From positions 1-64,000 of the forward strand of contig JYFJ02002583.1 of the NCBI GenBank assembly GCA_000934665.2: a stretch of 64,000 nt of DNA, read 5' to 3'. Of the stretch, positions 51,301 to 63,801 are shown one piece after another. A program made the position numbers and the translations under genes. This stretch comes from Catajapyx aquilonaris. Taxonomy: Eukaryota. The notes beneath the pieces were generated by a model. The model searched no databases. It saw only the letters and a program-made list of their open reading frames with translations, and was not told where the DNA came from. Each line of letters opens with the position of its first letter. The first letter of the stretch is position 1.

Positions 51301-54300
51301 TTCGTGGTTTTTTACTAAGGACTAGTTGGAGTATCCATGGCCAAAATTGCAAATTTTTTAAAATACCACTTTTTGAGATATTTGACCTTGAAGTACGCAA
51401 ATTTCGAAATTTCTCCAATTTCTGACCTAAAAATCGGCCAGAATGGCTTGCAACCGTGAATTTATTTTACCACGGCTGGATGTCCTCCCAGTCCGAGTTC
51501 TTGAAAAAAAATATCCACCCTGTTGTTTCAAGCCATTTTGATTTTGCATTTGAAAAGGGCAAAATTTATCATTTTGGAGGCAATATGTAAGACCATTAAA
51601 GTTCCAGTTACCAAAGTTTTATCCTACCTGTATGTACATATTCTGAAAGGCCAAGACCTCTACTTTCAGGAAGTGAAAAGCAAAACATCCTAACTTGAAT
51701 AGACACCAAACAATAGGCATTTTTAAGAACCCTTGCAAACGCTTGTTTTTGCTCGCCGCAGTGAAGAAAAATGAGCATAAATCCAACATGGTGGCAGATA
51801 AAAAATTAATAAAAATAGTTTTGAGCTAGTCAATATCAAGGCTACACTGCAAATCATGTGCTGACTATGTGCTATGTCGTAGATAGCACAAGGTGGTCTA
51901 GTTAGCACGGCCGTTAGCACAGGGAAATTTGAATCTTAAGTCAGCACCGACTCAGCACATGCGCAAGACTGTGCTGACTGGATAAATAGTCAGCACACGG
52001 TGTGCTAAAACAAATGCTTAGGCAGCACAACAGTCGGCACATGAAAGTCACATGATAAATCCAGACAGCACAATCCCATCAGCGCATGATTCATGCGCTG
52101 ATCCGCTCTTGTGCTTCGTCGAGCGGGGGAAAACCTCATGCTTGCCATTGTGTTGGAGTCGGTTGGAGTTGGTTGGAGTGCAAGTTGCTCTCATTTCTGC
52201 TGCACAGGTGACAGTTGGTGACACGGCAAGATGAGGGACTTGCAAATATATAGGATACTTGCAAATTATTTGCTCATTTTTGCAGCATTGCAGGAATGGT
52301 GGTGAAGACTCAGGTGGGGAGAGGCGGAGGAGGGCCTGGGGCAGGTTGGGGGGGGGGGAAGAGGGAGGAGGGGCAGGTCTCCTGTGCTGACTCTCATGTC
52401 AGCACAATAGCCAGCACAGCAGATGGCATAAAAAAACAAATTTGTGCTGGCTCAGAGGCAGCACATAGTCAGCACATGATTTGCAGTGTACCTGTGGTGA
52501 AAATATAAAAAATTAACTACTATCCGTTTATTTAATATAGAGCCCTGTCTTTGACTCTAAACAACTCCCAGGAAAATTATCCAAAAAAATAATGGTATGT
52601 ATCGTTAGAAAGCTTGTTTAAATCCACGTTACATAATATATGCGAGTTGTTTTCCTTTCGTCAGTCTGTAATTTTTTATCGTAAAAAGAAGGCGGAAAAG
52701 TGTCATTTTTTGACTAGTTGCCGACGTTACACCGCAAAGGGAATTTTTTATGACACTTTCAGGTGGCCAAAAAAATCCCCCTGTGAACCATGAATAGTGC
52801 ACATCTTTGTCTATCTAATGATATATTTGAAACATTGAGATCACCATTTGTGTAATCATAATTAAGTTAATTGCACACCTCTGTTATCTCGGCTGTTTAT
52901 AATCCAAATTACTTCACAAATGTATCGATGGCAAGCCAGAAATGTGCGTGATAAGATTACACCATACTCTATTACCCTAAAAATTTTAAAAGTATTTAAA
53001 AGTATCACTGTCTATTCCCGCCAGAAAGCGGGCTGGGTCCTTTTCTATTAAACTCACTAAAACAATACTTTTAAATTTTTTAGTGTAATAGAGCACAATG
53101 TAATCTTATCACCCACATTCCTGGCTTGCCGTCGATACATTCGGGAAGTAATTCGGATTATAAATAGCCGAGATAACAGAGGTGTGCAATTAACTTAATT
53201 ATGATTACACAAGTGGCAATCTCAATGTTTCAAATATATCATTAGATAGACACAGATGTGCACTATCCAGGGTTCACAGGGGGATTTTTTTGGCCTCCTG
53301 AAAGTGTCATAAAAAATTCACTTTTTGGTGTAACATCGACACTTTTCCGCCTTCTTTTTACAATACAAAATTAGAGACTGACGATAGGAAAACAACTCGT
53401 ATATATGTAACGTGGATTTAAACTAGCTTTTTCACGATACATACCATTATTTTTTTGGATAATTTGCCTGGGAGTTGTTTAGAGTGAAACTCAGGGCTCT
53501 ATATTAAATAAACGGATAGTAGAGGGTCGAGCAACCACCCTGGCCCACTTCGCATGGAATGACTCTTTAGCAGAAACCTGTTCATCAAGAAAAGTCTTCG
53601 TGGAACAATGAGAGTCCAATGCAGACAGATATTGTAGTGGATTCACTGTAATTACTGGTACTCTCTCCCTTACTTAAAAAAAACTTACCCCTCGACATGT
53701 AAAGCTGATTCTGCAAAAGAGGTTGAACACCCCAGGTCCTTTAACATCCTTGATTTGCTTTATACCCAGTGGCTTGCTGCTGATCCATTCTTGCAGCTTA
53801 TCAATTGCCCGTTCTGCATCCACTATGCCTGCAGTCACTCTCATAGATTCAGCTAATATCAGCTCCTTTTCACTGCTCTCAGTGTCTGCCTTGTTTAATT
53901 CTTCCTCTCTTGACAAGTAGAATTCTCTGAGGGCTTTGATGTGCTCACGATCTTCCTCTGAAACACAACCCTTCTCTTTACATATCAGCAATGTTTCAAT
54001 GGTACCTTACTTAAGGATCGATACAGTGATACAATGGGTGGCAGGAAATCAATGGAAGTAGATGTTTTAAGGCAAATGGAGCATAGAGGGGAAAAACGAG
54101 AGGAGTTATGAGTGTTGTGAAAGTTAGGCTCATTTTCAGAAACAGCAACATGCTGCATTAAATTTCTAATCAAAAGTAGCCCCTGGTGGTGTATATGCAT
54201 TCCCCTGGATTTCTATAGTGAACAAACTCAAAAACTTTCCAAAATATTAGATTAAGACCAATGATTAAGACATACAAAAAAAACAGAAAATACAGGAAGT

Positions 54301-57300
54301 ACCCGTTTACGCTGTTTCACATTAACGCATGATCAAAAAATTATATTTGAAAAATTTTAAGATGATAACACAATCTAAACATAAACACACCACAACACTT
54401 CTCAGAAACCAAACACACAACCGTGATTGCTCCTCTTTTGTTTTTCCTGGTGCCTTGTGGCAGGTTCTATCGCAGCGGTTCTCAACCTTCCCCACATTGG
54501 GCCCCTCTGGAAAGTAATTTCAGATATCTCATTTACTTACATTATTTATTAACAGCGTAAAACGAGTACTACCTGTACTGATATCGCAGTCACTCTGGCA
54601 GGAGAGCATGAGAAATTAATTCATATAAAAAGTAATACATAACATATGTCCAGGTAATTTGGAATTGACAAAAATGCTCACATTATGGTATTTTCTGCGA
54701 ATGTATTCACGCATATTGAGAATATTTTGAGATATATTGCAGACTTGCTTTTTAGAGCACAACTCTCCCATCTCAAGGTATCACCTAGGAACCAGACCAT
54801 TCTTCACGTTATGCATGAATGGCTTGAAATGCTTGTGAAAGAATCCAGTTTCATTCAGCTACCATAAATTGGTCTTTTCAGTGTATGATGATCTTACAAC
54901 TCCATTACTTCACTTATCTGTCTATCATAATTAGCATGCCAATAAATGCAGCATTAATATACCGGATTGCAAGAAGTGGTACCTGTGAAAGTGTATGTCT
55001 TAGCAATGGTCCATGGCTCGAGATCCTCACCACTGCCTTTGTGGAAAACTACCAGGTCCTGCAGCCTGAAGATGCGGCCATCAAGCTTCTTCTCATACTG
55101 CTCCACCTTCACAAAATAAGATGCCAATCGTGAAACCTTATAAGTAGTTGTTGCTCCGCAAGTGTGTGTCGTTATGGCTGCCCAGAAAGAGCCCGCCCTG
55201 CGGCAATTACCTTTTCTGCCTGTAGTGGTAAATGAAGCTCTCAAAAATTTGATTTTCTTTGTGATCTCGCCTTCATCTCCTATTGTTGCATTTGAGAAAT
55301 ATAATTTATTGCAACTCGCGGCCGCCCCTAGGACAGTGCCTATTGTGCCTAATGGGAAATCTGGCGTTGATTATCTTCATGACCAGGTTGCGTATGTTGC
55401 CCGCATCTGTTTTCCTCCCTACCACGTCTTCCAGTAAGGTTCTCTCTCTCCCGTCCACCCTCCCTCCCACTCTCTTCTGCCTGGAAGACAGTCATCTTGC
55501 CCCGGTGTTGAGGATGGTGTTCATGATCATGTTGCCTGTATGTTGCCCGCACCTGTTTTCCTCTCTACAGCGTCTTCCAGTAAGGTAATTATTTTTGTTG
55601 AAGAGCAGGATTGAGAAGAGCAGCCCCCGGACACTACCCTCTTATTATCGCCCTATGGGCCTGACGGGGCGTTTTGTGGGAGGTGACTGCATGTATTGCA
55701 TGCATAGTATTATAAGGCCATGGTGGAGAGATACAGACTCTGAGCAGTCAGCAGCATCGAAGCGACATCCGATGGTAACGACATTTGGCGGTAACATGCG
55801 GAAGTAGGTGACCTGAGAGACTGATAGTGGCACAATTGGGAATTGCGTGGAGCTGGCCTCGTGGTATTTGCAATTTACGTATTCCCTGTTCACTTTTTCC
55901 TAAAAACAAGTGGTGGGCATATACAGGGTGATCCAACTCTGTGGCACCAACAGTTATTGGAAAAATCAACAAGCTGCTTGTTTATAAGCAGGTCGTTGCT
56001 AAGAGATCAATAAGAGTTACTTTCTGGAGAATCGGGAATAGCACCTGCTGATATTAGGTCCAATGCCCATGTAACAATATTAATGAGGGAAAAAAGGATC
56101 ATCCGTGGGAAACAGGCTGTTCTGGTGTTCGCTGGAGGGTTTCACATGAGGTCACTAGCTGCCAAACCAAAGGTCNGTGGATCGAGTAGTAAAAGTACGT
56201 GCCACTAGATGGCATTGGAGTCAGCCGACAGCCATCACAAGATGGCGGCGACACTTACGAAGTGCACCAAAGAAGAACAGCGGGCCGTCGTGAGATTGTT
56301 GCGGAGTGAAGGGATTAAGTCGATCGAAATCCACTGCAGGATGGCCCTGAAATATGGGGACGTGTGCATGTCGCAGGGGGGAGTGTACGCGTGGTGCAAA
56401 AAATTCGTAACAGGACCCGTATACTGGGCCCGTATACTGGCCGNATGTAACAATATTAATGAGGGAAAAAAGGATCATCCGTGGGAAACAGGCTGTTCTG
56501 GTGTTCGCTGGAGGGTTTCACATGAGGTCACTAGCTGCCAAACCAAAGGTCTAATCCGTCGGAACTGGACAGACCCGGGTGTGTCAATAAATAGGCCTTC
56601 TGGTCTGTTCATTGTTGGCCGCTGTTGGCAAAACTGAGACAGGTCAACAGGCAGCGTTGTTTAGTTACCAGCAAATAAAATATTATTGTTACATGGCCAT
56701 TGGACCTAATATCAGCAGGTGCTATTCCCGATTCTCCATAAAGAGCCAGAAAGCATCTCAGGCAATGGATTTCTTAGAGTGAACTGCTGGGCCCATGGCC
56801 CCGCCCCCAAACAAACTTCTCTCCTCCCTCCCCCACCACTTTGGCACCATGACAACATGTACATGGGTATCTCTCCGCCAGAGCCGGACAACTTATTCCG
56901 ATGGTGCTTATGCGCGCCGAAAAGAAGTGAAAAGAAGAGATTCGAACACCGTTGCCTTGGATTCGAACAATGCTTCGAAATTACGTGGGCACGGATCCCG
57001 ATGCTCTTTTGTCTCTCGCCTTGAAAGTAGTCCCCATGTGGCAAGGTTGCTGATTTTAATTTTTCTATTACGCTATTCTAAATAATGCTTTAGTGTTCAT
57101 AAATTATGTCAGAACCAAATAATTGATATCGGTCGAATTCCTTTTTAAAATACACATGTTAATTACAATTATGTATTTCACCTGGCAACCTCACTGTGAC
57201 GCACGGTCATACAGGCGACCCCATTGGTTCGTCCGTGGGGGCGTGTCTGTTCACTCTAAGAAATTCGTTACCTATAGCAACGACTTGCTTATAAACAAGC

Positions 57301-60289
57301 AGCTTGCGCGATTTTTTCAATAACTACTGGTGCCATAGAGTTGGATCACCCTGTATAGAAGACACTGGCAAAATTTTGAGAGCACTCCCAACGCTGTAGG
57401 CCGTACGGTTCGGGCGGAGATATGGGTACAGTAGGATATTAATAATATAGATGACTGCTTTGGGGTCAGGCTAATGGCCAAAGCAAAGTGACTTGTCACA
57501 ACAACTACAACACAGCCATCACACAACTCATTACTAAAAAAAAAACTTATTTCATTGTTGGTTTACCCCTTCCCTCACAAAAATATAATCTACAATGGGG
57601 AGACGGAGTGGCGCCGCGGTAACGCGCGCGCGCCCACGGAAGTTAAGGTCCCGGGTTCAATCCCCACCCGGGGTTCCCACCTTCTTTCGTGCAGAGTTGG
57701 GCCATCTCTGGCTTAGTTTCGGGTGGCAATTTCCGATAGACTAAGCCACCCGGGGGAGTTCACAAAATGACGATTAGAGACATTGCACTTGCACTTTGCA
57801 CATCCCCTCCCACCCACCCTTGGAGTACACTAATAAGATTCTATCTTAACTAGCTCCAACGAAAACCCCAATGGTGGTAATCCACCCCCCCTAAGGAGTA
57901 CGTAACTCCCCCCGTGGGGTAATTCAAAAAAAATAAACAAAATAAAAAAATAAAAAAAATAAAATAATATAATCTACAATATTCATACATGCAAAAATCT
58001 TTTGAGGGGGGAAGAGAGACCAAAGCCTGAATCTTAATTAATTAAGCATGTACTACCGTACATTTTTGGCTGTGTAACAAGATTTCCTTGTGCATAAAGC
58101 TTTTTATGGCTCAATTCTCTCTTTCATTGAAGTAATGTGTATTGAAACTGTAAAGGAATAACCAGTGATTATTGCATGCAAAAATCTTGCTCTCCACTAT
58201 GGCTAGGACCTAATGCTAAACACACTGTTCCCCACCTTCATCCGATGAGCTCTCACAATATCCCCTTTCTCCAGTGGAGGTTTCTTGTCGCCCTTCTTGG
58301 AGTAAATGTGAAGAAGGAAGTCATCACAAGTCTCATCTTCAATGGCTACCATTGCATGGACCTTCACACCCTCCCTTGTGGGTGCTGGTTCCTGTTAGGT
58401 CACAAATGAGAAATTATAGATTAGGAGAAGGCAAAATCATTGCAGGTGCACACAGGGTGTAACTCTTAGATGTGTTAATTTTAATGAGTGATTTTTCATT
58501 CTAATTTGCTTATTTTTTTAAACCAACTGCTTTGGAGTAGTTACTTTCATATTACTATAAGTATTAGCTGCTAATATTAGGCCAAATGGATTCATATTCC
58601 CAAGCTCTGAATTTCAATAAATTTTGATTTGGTTGACTGATATATACGTATTGGACTTTATATGGCACAACAGCAGCAGTGGCTATTCTGTGCCAGAAAC
58701 AAATTTTGAGTAGGAATGGCATATTGAAACAACTGGCAACAACCCATTTTTTTCAGCCCAGATTCCTTTGCAGGCATTTAAAAGGGCGGGTCCATGCAAC
58801 CTGACTTATCAATTAATACTCGTACTTCTGATAACCACTGCAGGTGACTATTCAAAAGTAACTGATTAAAAATACAGTTCACTGACAAAAAATAACCACC
58901 TAAAATGGATATATCAATTGGAACACACTGTACACTTCAAACCGATCATCAAAGTATGCAACTGCTTACCTTTAGGATACTCTTGACTAATCCATACACA
59001 TGACATTCCACCTTTGACAACTTAATATCTTTGAGAGATGTGTACTTATAATCATCTCTGCCTTTCTCATCTACTTTTGAAACAGTTTTTTCCGACACGT
59101 TCGTCTGTTTTACTGATGCTGTACTGGCTCTTCGGTCTCCTGTGGGAATTATGGCTTTCAGTGACTCACTTGACCTCTTTCTTAGTGAGCGTTTACTTCC
59201 TGAGCTAGGGCCAGCTTCCTCAGTGTCAACTTCTACATGTGGCAGTACTTTCAGAGACCCAGGACTTCCTCTTGCACGGGCAACTCTTGGCCTAGGTGGA
59301 GTTGTGGGCAGGTTGTCATTGCTAACTCCATGACTGTTATTTAATGAAGCCTCTGTATTGCTTGAATCATCAATGATCTTTTCCTTCCCCTTATTTTTGT
59401 TGTCTGCACTAGCACTTTGGTCTCGAGAGTAAGACACTGTTTTTGGTGACTGAGCAACATTTTTTTTTGGCAAGACTTCAGATTCTGAGTTAGGGTCAGC
59501 TTCCTTCGAGTCACGCTGAAGTGGCAACTTTTGTGGAGATGGATGTTCCAGGCACGTGACATATGTACTACCTGACTCCTGGCTCCCTTCTGTGCCGGAA
59601 ATTCTAGGCGAAGGTGGACTTGTAGACAGGTTGTCATTGCCAACTACATGACTGCTATTTAATGAAGCATCTGTATCACTCGAGTCATCAACAATTTTCT
59701 TTCGTTTCCCCTTCTTTTTGTTTTCTCCACTGGCTCTTTGGTCTCGCGTGGAAGGAGTTGTTTTTGGTGATTCAAATAACTTCCTTCTTGGTGAGGGTGT
59801 ATGTCTTGAGCCAGAGCCTGCATCCTCATTATCATGTTGAAGTGGCGACACCTGTGGTGACGTGTGATGTGTGACACATTTACTAACTGATTCAGGGCTT
59901 CCTCCAGCACTGGTGACTATGTGCACAGGTGGACTCATGGGCAGGTTGCTATTGTCAACTGTATGACTGCTATTTATTGCAGCCTCTGTATCACTTAAGT
60001 TATCAATAATATGTTTTGGCCTCTCTCTTCTTCTAAACCCAGTTTGCTTGACTCTTGATGGGGAAGTGTCAGAATCTGAGTCGGCAATAACAATCACATC
60101 TGAAGCATCTTTATCTTTTCTTGCAATACTACGTGTCACACGCACATTCTTCATGGCCTCACTGAGGTTTGTGTGTGTTGACACTGCCTCAAAATCTTCT
60201 GAAAAAGTTCCTGGCAAGCCCCACTCAAAGTCGAGTGTTTCTGGCATGTTCACAGCAAGTGAATCTACATCACCATCAGAGTTGTCATT
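45301..60289 (-). CDS. POT1: Protection of telomeres 1 (POT1), at least 1278 aa, 5' end unresolved; exons 60289-58970, 58391-58236, 55106-54983, 53957-53689, 49920-48480, 47071-46961, 46903-46667, 45479-45301
   Basis: OB1: YKYTSLKDI..HVYGLVK, LEKGDIVRAHRMKVEQY, YTFTEEDREHIKALR. OB2: IKDV..FNLFCRI, MLRVEDGT, LEVVVFDH, KLNGG. OB3: CTGC..CSTC, LFGKRAEEFFG, YEILNTKLV*. These parallel recalled human POT1 motifs; all splice phases are compatible. Confidence 0.88.
46447..46568. repeat. Degenerate ~17-bp tandem array of RFX X-box-like palindromes
   Basis: About 7 units of TTGCYATGG(T/A)AAC; last unit GTTGCCATGGTAAC. Confidence 0.7.
47148..47315. repeat. Inverted repeat with ~57-bp arms (MITE remnant or hairpin)
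   Basis: 47148-47204 is the imperfect reverse complement of 47259-47315. Confidence 0.75.
47420..47697 (+). mobile_element. tRNA-derived SINE with a V-domain-like core and (TTA)-rich tail
   Basis: A box GTGGCCGAGTGG; B box GAGTTCGATCCCC; GCGTGGGTTTTCTCGGGGTTCGCCCGTTTCCTCCCAC core; second copy at 42720. Confidence 0.85.
47838..48100. mobile_element. Putative non-autonomous element within TG tracts, with internal (GTTAG)3
   Basis: CTATCCTTGTGAGG (47870) is inverted to CCTCACAAGGATAG (47933) and ACAAGGATAG (48062); TG-rich flanks. Confidence 0.5.
50024..50517. mobile_element. pogo/Tigger-like MITE
   Basis: TA|CAGTGGGACCTCATACTT ... AAGTATGAGGCACCACAG imperfect TIRs. Confidence 0.65.
51135..51260 (+). 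repeat. Strong hairpin: 43-bp stem, 40-nt loop
   Basis: Perfect 27-bp inverted repeat (51151-51177 / 51218-51244) extended by 16 bp with two G-U pairs and one mismatch. Confidence 0.85.
51845..52488. mobile_element. CACTA/EnSpm (CMC)-type non-autonomous element
   Basis: 29-bp perfect TIR CACTGCAAATCATGTGCTGACTATGTGCT; TA on both flanks; many subterminal AGCAC/GTGCT repeats. Confidence 0.85.
52517..53522. mobile_element. ~1 kb palindromic (foldback) element in a POT1 intron
   Basis: Arms 52517-52996 and 53064-53522 are reverse complements; 67-bp spacer containing a CCCGC/GCGGG mini-hairpin. Confidence 0.85.
55924..57353. mobile_element. Tc1/mariner-type non-autonomous element containing a nested TIR element (~56025-56738)
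   Basis: TA|CAGGGTGATCCAACTCT..., ~78-bp TIRs, TA TSD; inner TIR TGGAGAATCGGGAATAGCACCTGCTGATATTAGGTCCAATG. Confidence 0.85.
56242..56410 (+). pseudogene. Mariner transposase N-terminal HTH fragment
   Basis: MAATLTKCTKEEQRAVVRLLRSEGIKSIEIHCRMALKYGDVCMSQGGVYAWCKKF; truncated; lies between two n characters. Confidence 0.85.
57597..57965 (+). mobile_element. tRNA-derived SINE with A-rich tail
   Basis: 15-bp TSD AATATAATCTACAAT (57582-57596, 57966-57980); A box GTGGCGCCGCGG; B box GGGTTCAATCCCC. Confidence 0.88.
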
Positions 60290-60550
60290 CTGAAATTTAT
60301 AAAACTATAATTACTGCCCATGTAACAAAATTCTCAAATGATTATGATAAATACTAACAAAGTAGGTTACAATACACATGCTATCAATACTAGTAATTAA
60401 TACCATTATATTTGTGTGCTGCATCTTGTTAACTGAACTACTGCCACCTAATATTATGATTCATTGACAGTATCAGGAAAAAACAAATAAGCAACTCCGA
60501 TCACTTCTGAACAAAATGCAGGTTTCAAGCTGAATTAACAAGTCATGAAC

Positions 60551-62201
60551 CTTTCTCCATCTCTGGGTACAAAGTTGCTTTCTGACACCAGATATCCTGA
60601 CTTTCGCCACCATTGCATGACCAAAATAAGAACAGAAGCCTTCCATTTTGGTAGTGGTAGAGCATTTTGCCATGCACTTTATACAAACTGGGTGAATATA
60701 AATTTTCTATGCAGACAAGTACTGCCATCAAGGATTTCAAACTGTCCGATACAAAGTCTACTTCAGCCAATGATGATGATACATGGGTTGTTTCATAAGT
60801 CATGTCGTGTATTTTTTAAATTCAAAAACGGTAACACATACAGAGATGACCTCTGCTGAGATTTGAAGATCCGGCAATTACAATTTGGTCTGGCAAAGAG
60901 ATGTCGCCCATATCACAACATTTGGGGGCCTGGAAACAAAAGAGGATCATGAGCCTCCACCTATCCATCTCCCTAAGCCTGACGCTCTTGGAGCTGTTGA
61001 ACTTGGAATGCGGGACACTCAGCGATGGACAACACGAGAGCTTGATTTCGCGTGTGGGACAAGTGAGAGCATTATGCTTAGGACTCTGAAAAACTGAAAG
61101 GTCTCAAGAAGTTGGGAGTCCTCATTGGCTTTCTAGCCATCTCTCTGATGTGCGAAGGTGATGCCACTTTGCCCTTGCCGAAACCTTGGCCGAAACACAT
61201 TGGAACTCTGGCTCAGTGAGGGCCATGGTTTTCTTGAACGAAATGTGGCGACGGATGGCACATAGTGCTCTGACTTGTTCCACAGTCAAAATCAAGCTTC
61301 CGTGTTGTCCATCGTAGAGTGTCCTCCATGCAGCGTCCAATAGCTCCAAGCGCATCTTAGGCCAATGGCGCGGTGTGGGGTCACGATCCCCTTTTGTTTC
61401 CCTGCCACCCATGCGATATGGGCGACATCTATATACCATATCAAATTGTAATCGCTGGATCTTCAAAACTGAGCAAAGGTCATCTCCGTATGTGTTACCG
61501 TTTTTGAATAATAAAATACGTGCTGATGAAACAACCCACACATAAGGTTTAGTAAGATCTGGCAGAAAATGTGTTTTTGCTAGGATGTACAGTAGTTTTC
61601 ATAATCCCCACCATAACCACCAGCAGTGTCTACAGTTGGTAGCCTATCCAACCAAAAATCCTACACACTAAACCCCCTTGAAATATGTAACTTTCGAATA
61701 AACTTAAACATGATCCGAGAGAAGTGAAATAGGCTGCGATAAATGACAATGCTCAGAAATTCGAGAAAGGCACATTTCATGCTATTCAGGCCTCACAGCA
61801 ACAACTTAGCAGCACTGGGTGACTTGAGACACTTCAGAATAGTTTGTCACATCCAGAAGTCCCTTTGACCAGTCTCATTTACTACGGGTAAAAATAAAAA
61901 GGGGCACCTGCCTTTTCTGGAAGACCAGACTTTCTATTCTCATTGGTCCAGGCCACGTTCCAGGCAAGCCGCTGGCTAAGTAAGATCCGGGATTCTTCAT
62001 GCTGCTCATTGTGAATCAATATCTCCCAGACACATTTCGTGTCCTTAAATCTCCTGGCATGTCCTTTAATGCACCGTACATCTGTTGGATTGTGCACAAG
62101 GATAAACGCATTCACCAGATTCGGGGCCCTCTCCAGGGTCTGTGCAAGTTGACCAGGAGCAATTAAAGAAACATGGTCACCCCGAGTGTAGTCTGGAAGG
62201 A
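60551..62201 (-). CDS. Probable further upstream exons (62201-61908, 60687-60551) that splice in frame to POT1
   Basis: Phase 1 then phase 0 junctions join ..LPDYTRGDHVSLIA..LVNAFILVHNP..VWEILIH..EKA|VCIKCMAKC..FCSYFGH..RWRK|NDNSDG without stops. Confidence 0.5.
60784..61538. mobile_element. Older, more diverged long-TIR foldback element
   Basis: Arms ~60784-61078 and ~61259-61538 are reverse complements with many substitutions. Confidence 0.75.
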
Positions 62202-62757
62202 CTGGAATAAAAAGCGAAACTGAGATGGTCTTGAGGAGTTCAAAGTAATGGCTCACTGATTTATGCAAACTCCTGTATGAACATGACAATAAATTACCCC
62301 AATTTAAAATTACATTAAGCCAGTCTTGCATTGCAGTTTGAAACTATTCATGTAAGATTTTACATTTATTGACTGTAACAATACTATAGTCTGACCATTC
62401 ATAAATTGTCTTGAGGTGCCTTTCAGATCAATTACCACCCTCCCTTGTTCAGAATACATTGGTAGCCATAGCCTAGCCCTGACCCTCCTGCTGCTCAAAT
62501 TACTATCATGCAGACTCAGTCATACATCCTGGAGCCTACCCCTAGCATGTAATGCCAACTGCTGAAATGTGCTCTTTGCTTAATTCTAGGGAAGGGAGTT
62601 TTCCAAATTCCCACAGAGGCCCTTCCACAAGTAACTTGCAATAAACCAGAATATCACCCTTTCTCTCATGGATTGTACACATTACCATTGTGCAAAAGCT
62701 TGTAGCCCTCTCTGTCCTAATGTCCCACATGTTGTCAGTCTGTGCCCTTGATAATAA

Positions 62758-63801
62758 CACTGATCTGCATTTTCTGACTTTTTTTCTGTTGTTTTGAAAT
62801 AAACATGTGTATCCAAACGGATTTTTTCTGCAGATTAGGAAAATGACATTGAAAATCTCCTACTACGTCCAGTTTTCGAGTTACAGGGTGTGTCATAAAT
62901 TCACGTTGGTATGTCCACATGTCCAGCACGTGACGTGGATGGAGTTGACCTACAGCAACGTCCTTACACCACAATGTTGTGACACGGATCCTTGTTACGA
63001 CCACCACCTTTCATTCCGATTGCATCATTCCACTGGGAGTTATGCACCTCTGAAGGTGTAAAAGTGTGGGTCAGAGGTGAATATCGGTGACCTTGCGGGT
63101 ATCAAATAAAATCATAATTACGTAATTAATAAAGATACCATTAATTGTGATATTGTACGATGAGTAGGTGGCGATGCTCTATCATATTCCATCATCAAAC
63201 AAAGTGCCTGACAATTCAAGATGTATCGGGAGTGTTTGGAAGAGACCCCCACCCATGCGCAAAGGGCAATTAATCGGGAAGGAACAAAGTATGCAACACT
63301 ATACGTTATGTGGATGGGTAGGGGTCTCTTCCAAACGCTCCTGATCCATCTTGAATTGTCATGCACTTTATTTGATGATGGCGTATGATAGAGCATCACC
63401 ACCTACTCATCGTGCAATATCACAATTAATGTTATCTCGATTAATTACACAATTATGATTTTATTTGATGCCCGCAAGTTCACCGATATGCACCTCCTAC
63501 CCACACTTTTACACCTTCTGAGGTGCATAACTCCCAGTGGAATGATGCAATCGGAATGAAAGGTGGTGGTCGTAACAAGGATGCATGTCACAACAATGTG
63601 GTGTAAGGACGTGGCTGTAGGTCAACTCCATCCACGTCACGCGCTGGACATGTGGGCATACCCACGTGAATTCATGACACACCCTGTAACTCGAAAAGTG
63701 GACGTAGTAGGAGATTTTCAATGTCATTTTCATAATCTGCAGAGAAAATCCGTTCAGATAGACATTTCCATTTCAAAACAACAAAACCTTGAATATTAGT
63801 G
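62758..63801. mobile_element. ~1 kb palindromic element with CACT(G/A) termini (CACTA-like)
   Basis: TAA|CACTG ... TAGTG|TAA; arms ~62787-63256 and 63314-63783 are reverse complements; 57-bp spacer. Confidence 0.82.

Noticed and set aside
55375..55586. ~65-bp direct repeat pair
   Set aside because: Only two copies, intronic local duplication; not CRISPR-like, no function evident
62310..62760. Further upstream POT1 exon candidates
   Set aside because: Several conflicting splice solutions; cannot choose without transcripts
62735..63799. Paired ORFs MVVVTR.../MKMTLK... on both strands
   Set aside because: Mirror images produced by the palindromic element
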